Positions 26,714-32,000 of a stretch of DNA of 32,000 nt are shown here, in pieces. A program made the translations under genes and the position numbers. How positions within the stretch are numbered: the stretch's first letter is position 1; every line of letters begins with the position of its first letter. The notes under the pieces are model-generated. The model was not told where the DNA came from. It was given only the letters and a program-made list of their open reading frames with translations, and searched no databases. Origin of the DNA: Methylorubrum extorquens (lineage in GTDB: Bacteria; Pseudomonadota; Alphaproteobacteria; Rhizobiales; Beijerinckiaceae); contig LT962688.1 in the NCBI GenBank assembly GCA_900234795.1, positions 4,920,001 through 4,952,000 on the forward strand. The letters are read 5' to 3'.

Positions 26714-28292
26714 ATGTTCGTGTTCCACTGGATCGTCGGCGTCTTGGTCGGCGCGGTTCTGCTCGCTGCCCTGGCGCGGCGCCTACGCGCGCCCTATCCC
26801 GCCTTCCTGGCCCTGGGTGGTGTCGGGCTCGCCTTCGTGCCCGGCGTGCCGAGCCTCACGCTCGATCCGGAGCTGGCGCTCGCCCTGTTCCTCGCGCCGG
26901 TGCTGATGGATGCCGGCTACAGCACGTCGCTGCGCGACCTCGTGCGCAATGCCCGCCCCATCGCCGGGCTCGCCGTCGGCGCGGTGGCGGCGACGACCGC
27001 GGCGGTCGCGGCGGTCGCTTTGTGGCTCGTGCCGGACATGCCGCTCGCCGCGGCCATCGTGCTCGGGGCGATTGTCGCTCCGCCGGACGCCGTGGCGGCG
27101 CTGTCGGTGCTCAACCACGTCTCCCTGCCCCACCGCCTCGCCACGATCCTGCGCGGTGAGAGCCTCCTGAACGACGCCGCCTCGCTGCTGATCTACCGGC
27201 TTGGCGTGGCGGCGGCGATGACCGGCCATTTCGCCTTTGCCGAGGTGGCGCCGGCCTTCCTGATCGGTGTCGTCGGCAGCCTCGTGGCGGGGCCGCTCGC
27301 CGCGCTCGTCTACCTGCGGATCCTGCGCCGCGTCGATGAGCCGGCCAGCGTCATCGTGCTGCAATTCGCGGCCGCCTTCGGCCTCTGGATCGCCGCCGAG
27401 GCGATGGAGCTGTCCGGGGTGCTCACCGTGGTGAGCTTCGCGATCACCGTCGCCCGCTACGCCCCCCGGCCAGACCTCGCCGCGCCCGCGGGTGATCTCG
27501 AACGCGGTCTGGGAAACGGCGATCTTCGTGCTCAACGTCCTCGCCTTCGTGCTGATCGGCGAGCAGATCGGGCCGATCCTGGCGCGGATGACGCCCGAGC
27601 AGGAATTCGCGTATGCCTCCGTCGGCGGAGCTGTGGTCGTCACCGTGATCCTCGTTCGCATCGCCTGGGTTTTGCCGGCGAGCGCCATCCGCCGTGTCGG
27701 CTTCGGCATCACCTCTGATCAGCCGGACGATCTTGGCCCGGCCCGCGATCTCGGTCTCGGCGCCGGCTTTGCCGTCTCGTGGTCGGGGATGCGCGGCCTT
27801 GTCACCATCGCCACGGCCTTAGCCCTGCCCGAGGGCGGGCCTGAGGGCGGCGCGTTTCCCTATCGCGACCTGATCGTGCTCACCGCCTTCTGCGTGGTGA
27901 TCGGTACGCTGGTGCTCCAGGGCTTGAGCCTGCGCCCGATCCTGGGATGGCTCGGGCTGGAGGATAGCGACCCTGTCGGCCGCGAGGTCGGCCGGGCGCG
28001 GGCCGAGGCCTACGGCGCCGCGGTCGAGGCCCTGAAGAACGACCGCTCGGAGGCGGCGGATGCCCTGCGCCGGGAGTTCCATGCCGCACTAGCCCAGGCC
28101 GAAGCGCATGAGGAGGGCCTCGCCCCGGAAGGGCTGCCGACCGACGAGCCCCGCCGCCGCGCGATCCACGCCGCCCGCGACCGCCTCCTGACCCTGCGCC
28201 GGAACGGCCGGATCGGCGACGACGCTTATCTCGTGCTGGAAGAAGAACTCGATTGGGCCGAACTCAATGCGACGCCGCGCGGGGAGGCCTGA
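26714..28292 (+). pseudogene. CPA1-family Na+/H+ antiporter (NhaP-like) with one frame disruption
   Basis: The 5' part (26714 frame) reads sensibly up to ...SFAITVARYAP. The 3' part (27492 frame) reads ...PGQTSPRPRVISNAVWETAIFVLNVLAFVLIGEQ... to the stop at 28292. The frames meet at the C6 run 27462-27467, where one C fewer gives ARYAPGQTSPRPRVISNAVWE. GESLLNDAAS motif present. Confidence 0.85.
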
Positions 28293-28625
28293 TCTGCTTC
28301 CAGAAAGCTAATTTTTCGAGTGAATTCACTTTTAAATTGCAGAAAATGAATTCATATTCTGATTTTTGGCTTGGGATTTAGGGCAATCACTTGGATAGGC
28401 CTTCGATTCTCCGAAAAGCCTCGTTTTATCGCCATCGCAGATGCTGCGCGTTCGAGTGGATACAATCTTGATGCGAGCTTCCTATCGGTGGGTCATTTCA
28501 TGAGATTTGTTTCCGGTGTTGCGGTCCAGGTGATGCTCCGCAATCTGTTGCAAGGAATTGTGTATCGCCCCTGGACTCATTCAGAAATCCTGGGCGAATA
28601 AAGGTCCAATGCGGTAAAGCTCGCG
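28293..28625. other. AT-rich island in an otherwise very GC-rich window
   Basis: By hand count, 28301-28400 is about 33% G+C and 28401-28600 about 50%. It holds only a weak 76-aa TTG-start ORF (28371-28601) with atypical codon usage. Confidence 0.7.
28321..28355. promoter_or_regulatory. Twin palindromes TGAATTCA ... ATGAATTCAT (candidate operator pair)
   Basis: TGAATTCA at 28321-28328 and ATGAATTCAT at 28346-28355, with centres 26 bp apart, inside the most AT-rich 80 nt. Confidence 0.3.
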
Positions 28626-28949
28626 GGCCCGAGGCGGCGATGACGGGGACGGCCGTCAGGAGCGCGCCGGGAAAACCTTTTGGCCCCGTGACACGTAATG
28701 GCCTGCGCCACGCGGCGTGCCCGCGATCCCTCATGTCTTCGCGCTGCCATCCGCCTCCGCGGACGGGGCGGGAACAGATCCGATGCCGAGATCGATGTTC
28801 GAACCGTCAGCCTCAAGCCCGACTACACGGCCGCCTGCGTCGCCCCCAGCCGAGTCCAACCGCATTCCCGCCCATGGTCTCGGGATGGGGCCAGGCCCCG
28901 CCTGTCTCGCGGGCCGGGGTGTCGTCCGCCTGCTGGATCGCCCGTGCTG

Positions 28950-29105
28950 ATGGTCGCGAGTGTCGCTTGTCTTGTCGCGGGTGTCGGGCTGGCGGCTCAG
29001 ACGCACCGCTTCGGCGCGCGCGCGGCGCTGGCCGAAACCTTGTCCGGCCTCCTGCTGATCCTCGGCCTCGGCCTGATCGGGTTCGGGCTCCCGGTGTTTC
29101 GGTAG
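28950..29105 (+). CDS. Possible 51-aa two-helix membrane peptide
   Basis: MVASVACLVAGVGLAAQTHRFGARAALAETLSGLLLILGLGLIGFGLPVFR. Two hydrophobic stretches, a weak RBS and no family recognised. Confidence 0.3.
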   Translation: MVASVACLVAGVGLAAQTHRFGARAALAETLSGLLLILGLGLIGFGLPVFR

Positions 29106-29134
29106 GCCCCGATCGCGATGGGGAAGAACTGATC

Positions 29135-29158
29135 GTCCGAGACGACCCCGTCTCGGAC
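29135..29158. terminator. Perfect 10-bp hairpin just downstream of the gshB stop (and of the small + strand ORF)
   Basis: GTCCGAGACG, loop ACCC, CGTCTCGGAC. There is no strong U-tract on either strand, so terminator function is uncertain. Confidence 0.45.
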
Positions 29159-29163
29159 GGCGG

Positions 29164-30126
29164 TCAGGCGCCGAGGCTGCGGCGGGCGGCGAGCCGCACC
29201 TCGATCGCGTCCCAGACCGAGACGGCGAGATCGGGGCCGCCAAGCCGCTTGATGGTGCGGATGCCGGTGGGGGAGGTGACGTTGATCTCGGTGAGATGAC
29301 CGTCGATCACGTCGATGCCGACCAGGATCAGGCCGCGGCGTCTCAACTCCGGCCCGATGGTGGCGCAGATCTCGCGCTCACGCTCGGTCAGATCGGAGGC
29401 GCCGGCCGCGCCGCCGCGGACCATGTTGGAGCGGATGTCGCCCTTGGCCGGCACACGGTTGATCGCGCCCATCGGCTCGCCGTCCACGAGGATGATGCGC
29501 TTGTCGCCCTCGGTGATCTTTTCCAGGAAGCGCTGCACCACCCATTGCTCGCGGAAGGTGGCGGTGAACAGGTCGAACATCGAGCCGAAGTTCGGATCCT
29601 CCTCCGTGACCCGGAACACCGCCGCGCCGCCATGCCCGTGCAGCGGCTTCATTGCCACCGTGCCGTGCTCCTTGCGGAACGCCTCGATCTCGGCGCGGTC
29701 GCGAGAGATCAGGGTCGGCGGCATCAATTCGGGGAAGTCGAGGACGAACAGCTTCTCCGGCGCGTTCCGGACCTCGGCCGGATCGTTGACCACCAGAGTG
29801 CGCCCGGCGACCTTTTCCAGCATGTGGGTGGCCGTGACGTAGGCCATGTCGAAGGGCGGATCCTGGCGCATCAGCACCACGTCGACTTCGGCGAGGTCGA
29901 TGCGCTCCGGGGCCCCGAGGGTCGCGTGCGCGCCCTCGACATCCTGCACCGTCACCGGCTGAGCGTAGGCCGTGACCAGCCGGCCCTGCATCGAGAGCCG
30001 GTCCGGCGTGTAGGTGTAGAGGCTGTGACCCCGCGCATGCGCTTCCAGCATCAAGCCGAAGGTGGTGTCGCCCGCGATGCGGATCGACTGGATCGGGTCC
30101 ATCTGAACCGCGACGGTCAACGCCAT
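29164..30126 (-). CDS. gshB: Glutathione synthetase (ATP-grasp)
   Basis: MALTVAVQMDPIQSIRIAGDTTFGLMLEA..MRQDPPFDMAYVTATHML..VNDP..MKPLHGHGGAAVFRV..GDKRIILVDGEP..VGIDVI is a typical prokaryotic GshB sequence. 320 aa. Confidence 0.95.
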   Translation of the reverse strand: MALTVAVQMDPIQSIRIAGDTTFGLMLEAHARGHSLYTYTPDRLSMQGRLVTAYAQPVTVQDVEGAHATLGAPERIDLAEVDVVLMRQDPPFDMAYVTATHMLEKVAGRTLVVNDPAEVRNAPEKLFVLDFPELMPPTLISRDRAEIEAFRKEHGTVAMKPLHGHGGAAVFRVTEEDPNFGSMFDLFTATFREQWVVQRFLEKITEGDKRIILVDGEPMGAINRVPAKGDIRSNMVRGGAAGASDLTEREREICATIGPELRRRGLILVGIDVIDGHLTEINVTSPTGIRTIKRLGGPDLAVSVWDAIEVRLAARRSLGA

Positions 30127-30294
30127 GCTCGTCCCCGAATTGCTGCGCGTTCCGCCGAAACAGCGGGCGAAACAGCGGGCTCTCGGCGAGCCCGCTCCGT
30201 TCCGATCGATCCTCTGAGGGGACCGGAGCCCGAGGGTCTCTCACATCGTGCCCGCTGCAGCGACGCAGCCGGAGGGGCGATGCTCAGCGCCCGG

Positions 30295-30368
30295 GCGTTG
30301 TGTGAGGCACTCCGGGCGCCCCCCTTCAGGACCGTAACCGACCTGATGGCATCAGGCCGGCGTCTCTC
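30295..30368 (+). repeat. Miniature, ORF-less copy of the repeat family (box + palindromic module, locus D)
   Basis: GCGTTGTGTGAGGCACTCC (30295-30313) is 16/19 identical to the box. 18 nt later, CCGTAACCGACCTGATGGCATCAGGCCGGCGTCTCTC (30332-30368) contains the perfect 15-nt palindrome CCTGATGGCATCAGG (30342-30356). Confidence 0.7.
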
Positions 30369-30428
30369 AGTCATTGTTGTAACGCGTATTCTTCCGACGA
30401 ACCGGTGCCCGCTTCGTCGGAACGCGCG

Positions 30429-30737
30429 CTAGCGCTGGCCGCGGGACTGCGAGCCGCCCCCGCTGCGCCGATCGTAATCGCTGATGGCGGACTTGCACTC
30501 CGGCGAGAGGCGGGAGCGGTTGCGGGTCATGCAGGCATCGGCATCCTGGCTGTTCGGATCGACGCCGGCACAGAGCCGGAAATAGTCGTTGGCGCAGCCG
30601 AGTTGCAGCCCCTGGTCCTCGCGCTGGGCCTGGGCCGGGCTTGCCGCCACCAAAGCCAGCAGAGCGAGAGGCGCCAGTCTCAGGGCCGCGGACACTCCGC
30701 GCGCCAGGCTGCCGAATCGTGTGAAGTCCGGACGCAT
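30429..30737 (-). CDS. Small secreted cysteine-rich protein
   Basis: Signal-like N-terminus ...LRLAPLALLALVAASPAQAQ. Four Cys in paired motifs (CANDYFRLC, CMTRNRSRLSPEC) resemble the cysteine-rich-repeat proteins of Rhizobiales. Confidence 0.65.
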   Translation of the reverse strand: MRPDFTRFGSLARGVSAALRLAPLALLALVAASPAQAQREDQGLQLGCANDYFRLCAGVDPNSQDADACMTRNRSRLSPECKSAISDYDRRSGGGSQSRGQR

Positions 30738-30880
30738 CCTGCCTTGTCCTTCGCTCGATCAAAGTTGGGTTGGGTCCGCATATCGGGCATCCCCCCTCGT
30801 TAGCAAGCGCAGCACGCCACCGTTGCACCCGCTCTCTCGCGCCCGTCCGGGCCCCCGGTGTGACCTGAGAAAACCCGCCC

Positions 30881-30919
30881 GACAAAGAAACGGCCCCGCA
30901 GCGCGATCGCGCGGGGCCG
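30881..30919 (-). terminator. Orphan intrinsic-terminator-like hairpin (minus-strand orientation)
   Basis: CGGCCCCGC..GCGGGGCCG forms a 9-bp GC stem (30891-30919) with an inner GCGCGATCGCGC palindrome. On the minus strand it is followed by TTTCTTTG. No annotated minus-strand gene lies upstream of it. Confidence 0.4.
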
Positions 30920-31201
30920 AAGTCAAGGGAGGAAACGCCCGCCATGGGCAAACCGGACTTCGCAAGGACCGTGCCGTCCGCGAAACAGGTCGCGCCGAGG
31001 TCACGTATCACTACGGCGGCACGCGGAACGCGGCGTGCGTTGAAACACTCCGTTAACCACGTCGTGCTGAGCTTGGCTTGAGATCGCCCGGCCGGGGCGG
31101 GCCCGTCCCGCTCACGACGAGCACTCGCCCCATGCTGCCCGCCCGCTCCGGGAGGCCGCAGGGCGGGAGCCGGCCGCCACACACATCGACGGGACAGGCC
31201 C

Positions 31202-31453
31202 ATGACGCCTTCAACGACCGCCCCCTCCAAGACGCCTTCCTCAGCGTCCCCTACCGCCCCCACGGCGAAGCCGGGCCACGGCGAGGGCAGCGCGACCGGC
31301 TCCGTCGTGCCCTTCGCCCCCGCGACGACCCGCCGCTTCCGCCGCGAGGCGGACGATGCGCCGCGCGGTCAGATCCTGCTGTTCATGGGCGTGCGCTACG
31401 AGAGGATGCCGGAGGCGGAGGCTCTGCCGGTTCCGCGCCGCCGCCGCTCGTGA
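31202..31453 (+). CDS. Hypothetical 83-aa Pro/Thr/Ser-rich protein
   Basis: ATG at 31202. The C-terminal GQILLFMGVRYERMPE looks conserved-like. Its stop overlaps the next gene's start (GTGA), which suggests coupling. Confidence 0.45.
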   Translation: MTPSTTAPSKTPSSASPTAPTAKPGHGEGSATGSVVPFAPATTRRFRREADDAPRGQILLFMGVRYERMPEAEALPVPRRRRS

Positions 31454-32000
31454 CGCGCGCCGGTTCTCGATCTGCCGGCCTGCTTTTGGCCCTGCTCTTG
31501 GGCGCCTGCGCGCAGGAGGGTGATTTCGGCCGTCCGGCCCCGAGCGCCTGGAACAGCCTGATCGAGACCACGGGGACGGTGGCCGCTTACGAGCGCGGCA
31601 CGCCGGCTTCAGCCTTTCCGCTGACCGACGACGAGACGGTCCTGCGCGATCGGGCTTGGCGGTTCCTGATGCCCGCCGATGGTCACGCCGCCTTCTCGGA
31701 CGCGCTCGCCAACCTGACCCGAGCCCGCGTGCTGCCGCCGCGTTGGCGGCATCACGATATTCCCGCCTATCACAACGATTTGATCGCCGAGTCGTTTCGC
31801 TCTCCCTATTCCCGCTACCGCAGGTTGTCGGACGACACCGTGGCCGACGGTCGGCTGATCCCGATCTTCGCCGCCGTCGCCGGGCGTGTCTTCGACGCGG
31901 ACGGGGTGCGCCTGCGTGCCCTGCCGTTCTCGAAGAGCCTCGACGATCGGGATGTGCGGCAGGCTGCGATGCGGGTCGCCGAGAACCGCTGCCTCGTGGC
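31450..32000 (+). CDS. Putative lipoprotein, 5' partial (runs off the window end)
   Basis: My own translation from the GTG at 31450: VTRAGSRSAGLLLALLLGACAQEGDFGRPAPSAWNSLIETTG...AENRCLV. Lipobox LLGAC. The frame stays open to 32000. It is absent from the ORF track because no stop falls inside the window. Confidence 0.55.
   Translation, partial: MTRAGSRSAGLLLALLLGACAQEGDFGRPAPSAWNSLIETTGTVAAYERGTPASAFPLTDDETVLRDRAWRFLMPADGHAAFSDALANLTRARVLPPRWRHHDIPAYHNDLIAESFRSPYSRYRRLSDDTVADGRLIPIFAAVAGRVFDADGVRLRALPFSKSLDDRDVRQAAMRVAENRCLV

Noticed and set aside
28371-28601. A 76-aa TTG-start ORF inside the AT-rich island.
   Set aside because: It has a non-ATG start without an RBS, atypical composition and no recognisable motifs. 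It may be a decayed foreign fragment, so it is not called as a gene.
30944-31081. A 45-aa basic ORF (MGKPDFARTVPSAKQ...) after GGGAGG.
   Set aside because: The 11-nt SD spacing is long, third-position G+C is only moderate, and there is no recognisable family. It is kept only as a note inside the orphan-terminator finding.
1-32000. Many long ORFs in the six-frame track that lie antisense to, or frame-shifted from, the genes called above. Examples: 91-711(-), 708-1256(-), 1397-2611(+), 3125-4075(-), 3214-4059(+), 4729-5610(-), 5580-6620(-), 6762-7472(-), 7788-8771(-), 8861-9988(-), 11346-12317(-), 12774-14603(+), 16520-17941(-), 16609-18114(+), 19492-20871(-), 24531-25436(-), 24952-25806(-), 25668-26531(-), 26783-27712(-), 29296-30432(+), 29378-30244(-), 30367-31263(-).
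   Set aside because: Their translations are Arg/Ala/Gly/Pro-rich low-complexity strings with no recognisable motifs. They overlap genes with clear family signatures. Stop-poor alternative frames are expected in very GC-rich DNA.
1-32000. A search by eye for CRISPR arrays, tRNA/rRNA genes, transposases, integrases, phage genes or known defence-system genes.
   Set aside because: None recognised. The only repeats are the short dispersed box/module family and the in-frame coding micro-repeats.

Overview
This is a very GC-rich alphaproteobacterial chromosome segment. The gene content and protein style look Rhizobiales, possibly Methylobacterium-like; that taxon call is inference from memory only. 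Most of the window is ordinary core genome. From left to right it holds yceI-like, ruvC, a quinone oxidoreductase, a PEBP-family gene, the conserved ubiG / lysC-ptsP block, a DUF2268 gene, prfA-prmC and a DUF4167 gene. Next come a minus-strand flgE-flgK-flgL flagellar operon, a short BLUF protein, a CheY-like receiver and a TM-PAS-GGDEF-EAL protein. The right third holds dusA, two small ORFs, an orphan His-rich UreE-like protein, a glycine-zipper lipoprotein, a translationally coupled DjlA-like/amidase pair, a CPA1 Na+/H+ antiporter, gshB and a few small secreted or lipoprotein genes. I recognise no rRNA, tRNA, CRISPR array, transposase, integrase, phage gene or known defence gene, and no convincing novel multi-gene system. 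Four things deserve a second look. (1) A dispersed repeat family at four loci: a 12-19 nt box containing GTGAGGCACTC, plus a 37-nt palindromic module. One copy brackets a 66-aa ORF and one is a 74-bp ORF-less miniature. (2) A BLUF / receiver / GGDEF-EAL neighbourhood next to the flagellar hook genes, with a BLUF domain that seems to lack the usual Trp/Met. (3) Six frame disruptions at simple-sequence runs: four in flgK, one in dusA, one in the antiporter. These are either real decay or assembly errors. (4) A roughly 330-bp AT-rich island carrying twin TGAATTCA palindromes. All function calls come from reading the translations and recalling family motifs; no database search was run.
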